Shown here piece after piece: positions 1 to 11,412 of a DNA stretch of 64,000 nucleotides. Under the pieces are notes generated by a model, which was given only the letters and a program-made list of their open reading frames with translations, had not been told where the DNA came from and did no database searches. The DNA comes from Eledone cirrhosa (lineage: Eukaryota): the NCBI GenBank assembly GCA_964016885.1, contig OZ024748.1:30194001-30258000 (forward strand), in the 5' to 3' direction. The translations under genes were made by a program, and so were the position numbers. Within the stretch, counting starts at the first letter, position 1. Each line of letters opens with the position of its first letter.

Positions 1-1125
1 CCTCCACGACCACCTTGCGGTGGGGGCATATTGTCTATATGCTTCAGCTTGTACCCATGGGAGGTCGGGTACTCTGTATTACTGCATGACGCTAGAGGTC
101 ACGGTCGTGTGTCATCGCCTTTGAGAGGTGTAATTGGGTAAGGTCGGCTTTTATCACCTCATCCCAGGTCATCTTGGGTCTCCCCACTCCGCGGTTTCCA
201 TCGACTTCTAGTGCTCTGCACCTTTTTATGCAGCTGTCATCCTTCATACGCATCACATGTCCATACCAGCGCAACCGCCTCTCCTGCACACAGCATTTGA
301 TTCCTCTTATGCTCAGTCTCTCTCTCAATTCATTTATGCTTTGTCGTTCGCGTATATTACTGTTACACATCCATCGGAGCATGCAGGCTTCGTTTCTCTC
401 TAATCTACGTAAGTCTTCCACCTTCAGCGCCCAGGTCTCACTACCATGCAACATCGCTGTTCGGATACACGCATCATACAGTCTGTCTTTCATTTTGAGG
501 GAGAAGCCTTTTGCAGCTAGCAGTGGTAGTAGTTCCCTAAACTTCTTCCATCCCGTTCTTACCCTAGTTATTGTACTTTCTGAACACCCACCTCCGCTGC
601 TAATTCGGTCACCTAGGTAGCAGAAGCTGTCTACTGTTTCTACAGAGCCCTCCCAGAGATTGGTGGTACTTGTTTCCTGTGGCTGTTTGCTGCTTGCTGT
701 CCCAGCACAGCTGCTGCATGTGAAGCCTACATTCTTAATTAAGCTTCCTGAGATCCCGCTACATCTCTTGTGTACCCATTGTTTGCATTTGGGGCAGAGA
801 ATGGAGTTCCTACCTACACCTTTCCTACATACTGAGCAAGGCCATTTCCCTGAGAGGATCTGGGTTCTGTTTTCTCGTCTACTTACAAGGACCTTAGTCT
901 TTGTCATGTTGACTTTGAGACCCTTTCTTTTTAGTCCCTGCTTCCAAGTTTGGAATTTCTTCTCTAGTTCTACCATAGATTCAGCTATAAGTGCAAGGTC
1001 ATCAGCATACAGGAGTTCCCATAGGCATCCGGTCTTAAACTCCTCCGTTATTGCCTGCAGGACTATGATGAACAGGAGGGGGCTAAGAACAGAGCCCTGG
1101 TGGACCCCAACCTGTACGCTAAATT
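1..1125 (-). mobile_element. RTE-clade LINE, 5'-truncated (family C): RT motifs GVHQGS...LYADDL, PHD-like finger, C-terminus and start of 3' UTR
   Basis: ORF 92-976 (-) plus upstream in-frame EFSVQVGVHQGSVLSPLLFII...LLYADDLALIAES. Its 3' UTR (tgaagcatatagacaatatgcccccacc) matches the copy at 10270-10650. Confidence 0.9.
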
Positions 1126-1543
1126 CAGTGTGGACTGGGAGGTTTTTACCATGTTACCTACACGGCCACATTACAGCGTGGACTGTGTGTTTTTTTGTCG
1201 TGACACCTACACGTCTGGCGGGTTTTCTACGGCTGGGTGCCCTTCCCAACATCAACCACGTTTACAGCGTGGACTGTGTGTTTTTTTGTTGTGACACCTA
1301 CACGACCTCATTTGTTTTGGACTGGATGTTGTGGTACCAACATAACTTCACATTTAAGAGGGTGGTGTGGATGGGGTGGGGGTAATAGGACGGCGGTGTA
1401 TTTTGTTAGAGGTGCCTACTGACTGTAGGTTTCGCTTTGTACTTAGGCAAGGCGGGTCTTCTGTATTACTGTGTAGCGCCAAAGATCTCGGTCCAGTGAC
1501 ATTGTCTTGGAGAGGTATAAGTGTGTGAGGTCGGAATTTATCA
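1126..1543 (-). mobile_element. 3' fragment of RTE LINE family A (ORF end plus part of 3' UTR)
   Basis: Reverse complement of 9024-9400 (ataaattccgacctcaca...cagtcagtaggca...acaacatcca). Confidence 0.85.
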
Positions 1544-1544
1544 A

Positions 1545-2174
1545 TAATATATTATATATATATATTATATAATATATTATATATATATATTATCTTATAT
1601 ATATATATTATATTATATATAGGGCGGTGGATTGGCAGTATAGGTAGAGAGTCGGACGCCATGCTTTCCAGCATAGTTACGTCCCTTTACGATCTGAGTT
1701 CAAATCCCGCCGAGGTTAACTTTGCCTTTCATCCTTACGGGGTCGATAAAATAAAGTACCAGTAATGTACTGGATAATTGCTGGCCTTGTGCCAAATGTA
1801 GAAACAATTATATTATATATATATATTATATTATATATATATATATATTATATTATATATATATTATATATATATATATTATATATATATATATTATATA
1901 TATTATATATTATATATTATATATATTATATATATTATATATTATATATATATATATTATATATATTATATATATATATATTAAATATTATATATATTAT
2001 ATATTATATATATATATTATATATATATTATATATATAATATATATATATTATATATAAATATTATATATTATATCTTATATATATATATTATCTTTATT
2101 ATATTATATTATTTATATTATATTATATATATTATATTATATATATATATATTATATATATATATATTATATAT
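1545..2174. repeat. (TA)n/(TATTA)n low-complexity microsatellite interrupted by a SINE
   Basis: Directly visible A/T-only repeats. Confidence 0.95.
1622..1810 (+). mobile_element. tRNA-derived SINE (family 1)
   Basis: A-box-like tggcagtataggtaga, B-box gagttcaaatccc, central ctttgcctttcatccttacggggtcgataaaataaagtacc, tail agaaacaatta. More than 10 copies in the window. Confidence 0.9.
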
Positions 2175-2365
2175 ATAGGAACCAGTAAGACCCCGACAGC
2201 TGAGCTCAAGCCGTTTCGACGGCTAATTCTCAGAATTAGCCGTCGAAACGGCTTGAGCTCAGCTGTCGGGGTCTTACTGGTTCCTATTACCCACTCTACT
2301 ACCTCAAGTATTGAGTACTTTGGTGCGTTATGGTCCACCTGGTTCCTTACCACATTTCCTTCGTT
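2175..2365. mobile_element. Probable Penelope-like pLTR remnant: perfect 113-bp palindrome (2175-2287) containing the 3' half of a hammerhead ribozyme, plus short unique tail
   Basis: 56-bp arms with a 1-nt centre at 2231. Stem II 2218-2244, GAAAC 2245-2249, stem III ACGGCT/AGCTGT, GUC 2265-2267. Confidence 0.65.
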
Positions 2366-2369
2366 ATAT

Positions 2370-2401
<32 letters not shown>

Positions 2402-2407
2402 ATATTA

Positions 2408-5400
2408 TATCATCATCATCATTTTACGTCCGCTTTTCCCTGCTTGCAAGGGTGGGACAGGTCTTATTCAGCACAGCATCTATCCACTCGTCACGGTCCT
2501 TCGTCATCTCCACCGTGAGCTTCAATGATCTGAGGTCTGTTCTCACCACCTCCGCCCATGTTTTTCGTGGTCTACCTCTACCACGTTTTCCTTCAACTGG
2601 CATTTACTGGCACTTCTTCACCCATCGGTCATCCTCCATGCGCATCACATGTCCATACCACCTCAGTCTCCTCTCCCGTACACTAAATTCTATCCCTCTC
2701 AGACACAGTTTCTCTCTCAACACATTTATGCTGGGTCGTTCACGCACATTTACACTGCACATCCAACGGAGCATGCTTTGCCTCATTTCTCTCCAGCCGT
2801 CGCATATCCTCTGCAGTTGCTGCCCATGTCTCACTACCATGCAGCATCGCGCTCCTCACACAGGCATCATACAACCGGCCTTTCGTACGCAGGGAGAAAC
2901 CCTTCTTCATCAACAGAGGAAGCAGCTCCCTAAACTTCTTCCAACCCGTCCTTATTCTAGATACTATGGCCTCGGAACACCCTCCTCCTATGCTAATCTG
3001 ATCTCCTAGGTCCCGGAAGCTATCTACCACTTCTATAGCGCCCTCTTGCATTTGAAAAATGTGTCTATCAGTGCGACTTCTACTGTCTAATTTCCCTGTA
3101 CATCTACTGCATACATATTTCTCCCTACCTGTTAGTTTACCTGCTATCCCACTACAAATCTTGTGTACACAGGATCTGCATTGTGTGCATTTTATAGAAT
3201 TTATGCCAGTTCCTTTTCTGCATATCGAACATGGCCATTTCCCTGACGGAATCAGGGTTTTGTCCTCTTTTCTACTCATCAACACTTTTGTCTTAGCTAG
3301 ATTCACTCTGTCCTCTTGCTTCCAACTGCTGTTTCCATAGCCAGAATTTATTCTCTAGCTCCTCTACTGATTCTGCTATAAGAACCAGATCGTCAGCATA
3401 GAGAAGTTCCCATGGACAGCCAGTCTTAAACTCCTCTGTTATGGCTTGGAGGACTATAATGAACAAGAGCGGGCTGAGGACCGAACCCTGATGTACTCCT
3501 ACTTGTATCTGGAATTCCTCACTAAACTCCATTCCTACCCTGACTTTACTGAGAGTACCTCTGTACAGAGTTTGCACTGTCCTCACAAGCCATTCCTCAA
3601 CACCTAGCTTCCTTAGGGACCACCAGATGACAGATTGGGGTACCCTATCAAAGGCCTTCTCTAGGTCAACAAAGGCTAAGTATAGTGGCTTATTCTTCTC
3701 TAAGAACCTCTCTTGCAATTGTCTCACCAAGAAGAGGGCATCTGTTGTACTCTTCCCAGGCACAAAACCAAACTGCATCTCATCTAGTTTGACCCTTTCT
3801 CTAATTAGTTGTGCTAATATTCTTTCTGCCACTTTCATAACCTGATCTATCAGTTTTATACCCCTATAATTGCTCCTCTCCAAAGCATCCCCTTTACCTT
3901 TGTAGCAATTTATGAGAATACTGCTGCACCAGTCTTTGGGTATGACACCACCATATATAGCCTGATTGATGATGCGTGCAACCAGTTTAGTGCCTACGTC
4001 CCCTGATGCCTTCAGCATCTCAGCAACTATTCCCGATGGTCCGGCAGCCTTACCATTTTTCATTTCCCTAATCGCCTCTTGGACCCTATATTCGTCAATC
4101 TCAATAGCTGGTCCCTCTGTCGGATCTACCAAGGGTAATTTCTCTCCCATTCGTTCTCCACATTCATCAGTCTCTCATAATGACATTTCCAGGCCTCCTT
4201 TTTCTGATCATTCGTGACACTAAGTACACCGGCATCATCCCGGACACATTTATCTCCAACAACATCCTGATTTGCATTGACACACTGCCTTGCAATGTGG
4301 AACACCGCACGCCTCTGATCTTCCCGTCGCAGAACATTGGCAAACCTCCTACTCTCTGCCTCCCTGTGTGCTCAGTACACCTGACGTCTAGCTTCTCTCT
4401 TAGTGGCTGTATATTCTTCCCTACTCCCACCCTTTTTCCAAGCCTTCCATGCTAGTCTTTTGTCTCTAATAGCCTTATCTACTGTGCTGTTCCACCACCA
4501 GGTCACTCTCTGTCTGGTTGGAGCTCTGCTCCAGCCACAGGTTTCATCAGTAGCCTGCAGCAAGTTGTCACGTAAGAAATTCCAGTTATCTATGTCATAC
4601 GTCTCTAAATCGTCTTCTTTTTCGTCATATACATCTTGAAGGGCTTTCCTAAATTTGTATTTTAGTGAAAGGTCTTTTAGCTTCCAGACATTTCTTTTCC
4701 ACACCTTCCTATATGTCTCATTCCATCTCTTGCTTACTGAGATATCACTAACAACTAACCTATGCTGTGGGGTACATTCTTCCCCAGGGTATGCCTTGGT
4801 ATTAGACACTATCTGCCTGTCCCACTGCTTAACTAGTAGGAAGTCAATCTGGCTTATGTGCTCACCAGATTTGTAGGTTATTAGGTGATTGGCAGGTTTC
4901 TGGAAGTTTGTGTTGCAAATAGTCAATGTACCTGCATCACAAAATTCAAGAAGTCTCACTCCTTCTTCATTTCTTGAACCGTAACCGTGCCCACCATGTA
5001 CCTCAGTGTAACCATCCTGGAGCTGTCCAACATGACCATTGAAGTCTCCTGCTAGCATAACGATGTCTCCGTCCTCTGTCATTGCGGTTGTTTGCAAAAG
5101 TTGCTCATAAAAGCAGTCTTTCTCATCTTTGCCTAGGCCTGCTTAGGGAGCATAGGCCGAGATGATTGTCAGTAGTCTCCTACCTACAACTAATCTAAGC
5201 TTAATTATTTGATTACTAACTCGAACTACCTCTATTGTCTTATTGATCCATTTCTCAGCCAGGAAAATGCCTACTCCCCCTAGCCCATCATCCTTACCTA
5301 CCCAGAATAGCTTCTAGCTAAAACGCTTGCCTACGACTAGTCTCGCAGAGGCACCTCTCCATCTCACCGCTTGCACGCAGCACACATCCACCTGCCTTCT

Positions 5401-5500
5401 CTCCAGCATCTCCGCTATTTCAGCAGATCTACCTCTGAGAGTGCCAACATTAAGTGTTGCAACTCTGAGATGCGACGTCTTCATATTTTGTTGTTGTTCC
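2408..5500 (-). mobile_element. Near-full-length RTE LINE (family B), frameshifted: APE endonuclease, RT, PHD-like finger, (GAT)n tail
   Basis: ORFs 4372-5097 (GDFNGHVG, QIDF, HRLVV), 3293-4150 (FVDLEKAFD, QGSVLSP, YADD), 2740-3306, 2604-2840; catcatcatc tail at ~2408-2421. Confidence 0.95.
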
Positions 5501-5688
5501 TATTTGTTGCTGTGCTGATAAGCATTTTGGCATTGATACACTGGTTGGATGCCCTTCCTAACACCAGCACCATTTTACAGCATGGACTGGGTGCTTTTAT
5601 TTGTGCCACCAGCACTAGAGAGGATGTCTTACTAGACTCAAGGGCCCTCTCTACCCCTCCATTTTACAGCATGGTCATAAAAAAAATA

Positions 5689-5727
<39 letters not shown>

Positions 5728-5800
5728 TATATATAATATATATATTATATATTATATATATATTATATATTATATTATATATTATATATATATTATATAT

Positions 5801-8800
5801 TCCCTCCCGCCCCCACGCACCACCATTATTACGTGGACTAATCATAAGTCAGAGGCCCATACTATCGCTTAACTGGTTGCTTTTCAATATGATGGATGGA
5901 CTACGGAATTCTGGAGAGTTGAAGAGAGAAAAATCTGGACGCTCAGCGACAATGCCAAAGATAAAGACAAATTCACCTCGTGGACGAGAATGCAAGCACT
6001 CCTCCTTGTTTCGGCCGAGGATGGCTAACATAAACCCCCCCCCCCCCCCCCCCCCCCCCGCGCGCCCCACCGCTCCCACCCTCCAAACGCAATCCAAAAC
6101 TTCAGAGTTGGTACCATGAATGTAGGCACCTTAAAGGGTCGCTCTAACGAGGTTGTAGAAATGCTTGAACGTAAGGAGGTCGATGTTTGTTGTATTCAAG
6201 AGACCAGGTGGAGGGGAGGGTCTGCTAGATTCATCGTGGGTAAAGAACGATGCTATAAGCTTTTCTGGGTGGGAAATGACAATGGGCTGGGTGGAGTAGG
6301 AATCATGGTAGCAGAAAAGTGGGCAGATAAGATAATAGACGTAAATAGAGTGAACGACAGAATAATTAAAATAAGACTTGTCCTCAATAAAACTACGGTG
6401 ACAGTAATATCTGCGTACGCACCCCAATCCGGATTGCCCGGCGCTATAAAAGACAGATTCTATGAGACACTGATACTCGCTACCTCCCAAATAACCGACA
6501 GTGACTATATAATTATTGCAGGCGACCTAAATGGTCACGTTGGACAACATTGTGACGGCTATGACGGAATCCATGGAGGCTATGGGTTCGGTACTAGAAA
6601 TGAGGAAGGCTCCAGAATCCTGGAATTCTGTGACGCAAATAACCTAACTATCTGTAACACTAACTTCAAAAAACGAGACAATCACTTGATCACCTTTAGA
6701 TCGGGCGAACACACAAGCCAGATAGATTATATCCTTACCAGAAGACGTGACAGAGTCTCTGTTGTTAACACTAAATCCCTCCCCCATGAAGAATGCACCT
6801 CCCAACATAGACTGATAATTAGCGACCTCATAGTCAGGACGAGACGTACTAGACAGCAGAAGAGGACTATCCTCAGGAGAAAAATATGGAAGCTAAAGGA
6901 CCCCATAACCAGAAATAAATTTCAAAGCATATTACTTGATGCTTTCGACAGTAAGAAAGAACAATTAGAGTCGTATAATATAGAGGAACAATGGGAATTC
7001 CTGAAAGCAAACCTGCTGACGGCGGCAGACAAAGTCTGTGGCTGGAGCAGGCCTGTAGGTAGGAGGAGAGTAACATGGTGGTGGAACAGTAAGGTGGAGG
7101 AGTCAATTAAGGCCAAAAAGCAGGCTTGGAAAGTATGGCGGGATGGGGGAAGTAGAGAAGACCATCAAGTGGCCAGGAGGGAAGCTAGGAGATAAGTGTA
7201 CTTCGCAAGAAGGGAAGCAGAGGAAAGAAAGTTCAAGCATGTTCTACAACGTGAGGACCAAAAACGTGAGGTGTTCAGGATTGCTAGGCAATGTGTCAAG
7301 GAAAACCGTGATATTGTCGGGGAGAAGTGTGTACTTAATGATGATGGCATACTTGCCATCACTGACACTGATAAGAAGGTAGCTTGGAAGTGTCACTACA
7401 AAAGGCTTCTAAATGAGGAGAACAAATGGGAGAAAGACGGTCTCCCCCACATCGACCCAATAGAGGGACCAGCAGTGTTAGTCGAAGGTAGTATAATAAG
7501 TAAGGCAATCAAAGATACGAAGACGGGTAAGGTGGCTGGGCCTTCGGAAATAGTTGCTGAGATGCTGAAAGCCTCTGGAAGGGTGGGACACACCATGGTC
7601 ACCCGGATAGTAAACCAAGTCATACAGAATGGGGTTGTTCCGAAGGACTGGCATAGCAGCATCATCATTAACTGTTACAAGGGTAAAGGAGATGCCCTAG
7701 ATAGGTGTAACTATAGAGGCATTAAATTAATCGACCAGGTCATGAAGGTCACGGAAAAAGTAATAGCGCAACTAATCAGAGAGAGAATTGATCTAGATGA
7801 AATGCAGTTCAGGTTTGTGTCAGGCAAAAGTACCACAGACGCTCTTTTCATTGTACGACAACTACAGGAGAAGTACCTAGCTAAAAGTAAACCCCTATAC
7901 TTAGCTTTTGTCGACTTGGAGAAAGCCTTCGACAGAGTCCCCCCGTTCCATTATCTGGTGGGCTCTTAGAAAACTAGGTGTTGACGAATGGCTTGTGAGA
8001 GCTATACAAGCCATGTATAAAGAAACAGTCAGCAAGGTTAGAATTAACAACGAATATAGTGAAGAGTTTAGCGTAAAAGTTGGTGTTCATCAGGGCTCCG
8101 TTCTTAGCCCCCTACTATTTATTATTGCCCTTCAGGCTATAACAGAGGAGTTCAAGACCGGCTGCCCATGGGAACTCCTAACGTTCATAGCTGAATCAAT
8201 GACCGAACTAGAGAAGAAATTCCAAACATGGAAGCACGGCCTAGAATCAAAAGGCCTTAAAATTAACCTGGCTAAGACTAAAGTTCTAGTTTGTAGGAAG
8301 GAAAATAGGGCGCCGGTCCCATCCGGGAAATGGCCATGCTCAGTGTGTAGGAAAGGAGTAGGTAGAAACTCCATTTTATGTCCCAAATGCAAAGTATGGG
8401 TGCATAAAAGATGTAGTGGGATCACAGGTAAGCTAATTAAGAACATAGATTTTACATGTGGCCGGTGCTCTGGTGCAATAAGTAGCAGCAAATGCCCACA
8501 AAATACTAGCTCTTTCAATTGCGCAGAGGGTTCTATAGAAATAGTGGACAGCTTCCGTTACCTGGGTGACAAAATCAGCAGTGGGGGAGGAAGCTCTGAA
8601 AGTACAGTAGCTAGAGTCAGAACTGGATGGAAAAAGTTCAGAGAGCTTATACCACTATTAGCCGCTAAAGGGTTCTCTCTAAAAATGAAAGGCAGGTTAT
8701 ACGATGCCTGCATACGAACAGCAATGCTGCATGGCAGTGAGACCTGGGCATTGTGTGCAGAGGATATACGCAGACTAGAGAGGAACGAAGCTTGCATGCT

Positions 8801-9506
8801 CCGCTGGATGTGTAATAGTAATATACGTGAACGGCAAAGCATAAATGAACTAAGGAAAAAATTAGAAATAAGAGGGATCAGATGTTGTTTACTCGAGAGA
8901 AGGCTACGTTGGTACGGTCACGTAATGCGCATGAAAGACGACAGCTGTATAACAAAGTGCAGGGCAATAAAGATAGACGGTAGCCACGGAGTAGGCAGAC
9001 CCAGAAAAACCTGGGACGACATGATAAATTCCGACCTCACACGCTTACACCTCTTCAAGACAACGTCACTGGACCGAGACCTTTGGCGGTACTCAGTAAT
9101 AGAGAAGACCCGCTTTACCTAAATACAAAGTAAAACCTACTACAGTCAGTAGGCATCTCTATCAAAACACACCCCGTCCCACCTCCCCCACCCCATCCAC
9201 ACCGCCCCTTTCAATGTAAAGTTATGTTGGTGCCACAACATCCAGGCCGAAACAAATGAGATCGTGTAGGTGTCACGACAAAAAAAACACAGTCCACGCT
9301 GTAAATGTGGTCGTGTAGGCAACACGGTAAAAACCTCCCAGCCCCACACTGTAAATGTGGTTGGTGTTAGGAAGGGCATCCAGCTGTAGAAAACCCGCCA
9401 GACAGTCCTATGCGAGCAAGACAACCACTCTTGCCTCAAGTGGGAAAACCCCCGTCCAAACCCATGCAAGCGTGGAACACGGACGCTAAACCTTGATGAT
9501 GATGAT
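5801..9506 (+). mobile_element. Near-full-length RTE LINE (family A), inactivated: APE, RT, PHD-like finger, 3' UTR, (GAT)n tail
   Basis: ORFs 6116-7195 (APE: IQETRW, SAYAPQ, GDLNGH, QIDY), 7196-7969, 7908-9122. Stop at 7193, frameshift near 7940, YADD deleted at 8180. Tail gatgatgatgat 9495-9506. Flanked on both sides by TA microsatellite. Confidence 0.95.
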
Positions 9507-10269
9507 TATATTATATATTATATATTATATTATATATTATATATTATATTATATATTATATTATATATTATATATATATTATATATATATTATATATATT
9601 ATATATATATAGGCCGACCAAGATACTCTCATAGAATGACCATATGAGATATATTTTTCAACATTGTCTCTGGAAAGGATCAATGCAGTTGAAATTAATG
9701 AATGCAAGATTTCACAGCCCTGCCATCACTCCTTTATAGTCAGCCTATGAACTTTTCAACTGACTCATGCATGTATGTATAGATGGATAGCTGGAAATGT
9801 TTATAAAAGAAAGCAGAATGACTTATTGCTCATGCTGCCACTGCCACCCCCAACAAAAACAACCCAACCCATAACCTAATATATTCCTGGACAAAATGTA
9901 AAAAAATCTATATTTCCCAGAACTACAGTTTTCAACCCCTTCTGCTATTGATTTCTCTGGATTGTCTTGTTGGATATTAAAGGATCCAGCTATCTTCATA
10001 TTGATCAGTTCTGGAAAATAAGTCAGCCTGGAAATATTGAAGATTCACGACTAAAGTACTTCACTCTGTCCTGCCCCTCCCATCTTGGAATACTAAAGTA
10101 CCTCACTCTGCTCCTCATGACCATATTCTTAACTAAGAATATACTATCATTATGATTTTATTATCCAGAATAATCAGGAATTATGAACAGTTTAGTGAAA
10201 TAACTAACTTTTAACTTAACTCTTTCATTACCATATTTTTAATGAAAGACACTACCTATTTTACGATGA

Positions 10270-10649
10270 CTCAAGACCATTTCCTCTGGCGTCACACAGT
10301 AATACAGAAGCCCCGACTTTCCACGGGTACAAGCCGAAACTGAAGCATATAGACAATATGCCCCCACCCCCTCCCACTGCAAAGTGGTCGTGGAGACGTC
10401 ACGACAAAAAAGCACCCAGCCCACACTATAAAGTGGACGTATAGGCGTCACGGTAAAAAAGCACCCAGCACTCACTGTAAATGAGGTTTGTGTTAGGAAG
10501 GGCATCCAGCTGTAGAAATCAAGCCAAAATCAGTTCCCATATGAGCAAGACAAGGTCACCCAACCTGACATTGCCTACAACAGGACAACACATCTAACCC
10601 ATGCTAGCATGGAAGAATGGACGTAAAACGGTGATGATGATGATGATGA
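10270..10649 (+). mobile_element. 3' end of RTE LINE family C with (GAT)n tail
   Basis: Matches reverse complement of 1-100; contains aggaagggcatccagctgtagaa; ends gatgatgatgatgatga. Confidence 0.75.
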
Positions 10650-11412
10650 GTTTTACCATATTTCTAATGAAAGTCACCGCCTATGATTTTTCTAATAATT
10701 TTGAAAATACTCAAAAATTCAGAAGGATTTATCCTTCTTTATCATTAAGTTGGTGTTTAGAACATAAGTTAGCAAAGATTGTTTCATAAAATTATGATGG
10801 AAGGTTTTTAGATACATATAAACATTTAAAAATAAACAAATATTATAGAATGAGCAGCAGTTTCACATGGTTTGGTCTCAAAAGGATTCATAATAAAAGA
10901 CAAATATTAAACTACAGAAATCTAATATTATCTGTCATGTAATAACGAGAAATGGGATTCCAGGCCAGGATTTTACTTGAAAATTGAAAACTGTAACAGA
11001 GGTTTTGGGGAGAGCAATTTTATCTTTAACTCTTTTATGGACATATTTCTAATGAAATATTCTTTTATTCTTTTACCAGTTTGTCATTGGACTGTGGCCA
11101 TGCTGGGGCACCACCCTAAATACACTGTATTTCAATTAAGTAATGAAGAATTTGGACGGATTTATTAAAATTATATATTATTTTATGAACAAATGGTTCA
11201 CATATAAAATTATGTTGGAAGATTTTAATGGGTCACTTCAAAATATTTTTTTAAAATCATGTTCACTTAAAAATAATTTTTAAATAATTAAAATATACAC
11301 AGACATGTATATAATGTGAAATGAAACTGGAAGGCCCATATATATATATATATATATATGTGTGTATGTATATATATAAATGTGCGTGTGTATGTATACA
11401 TATATATATATA

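Noticed and set aside
660-1385. Antisense ORFs over the LINEs (also 2311-3009, 8132-8518, 63060-63932)
   Set aside because: Shadow frames of RT coding sequence with no independent motifs.
1622-1720. tRNA-like A/B boxes
   Set aside because: SINE head; no complete cloverleaf and always followed by the SINE body.
1765-2178. Long Y/I-rich ORF and the many similar YI/CV/HT ORFs across the window
   Set aside because: Translations of (TA)n, (TG)n and (CA)n microsatellites.
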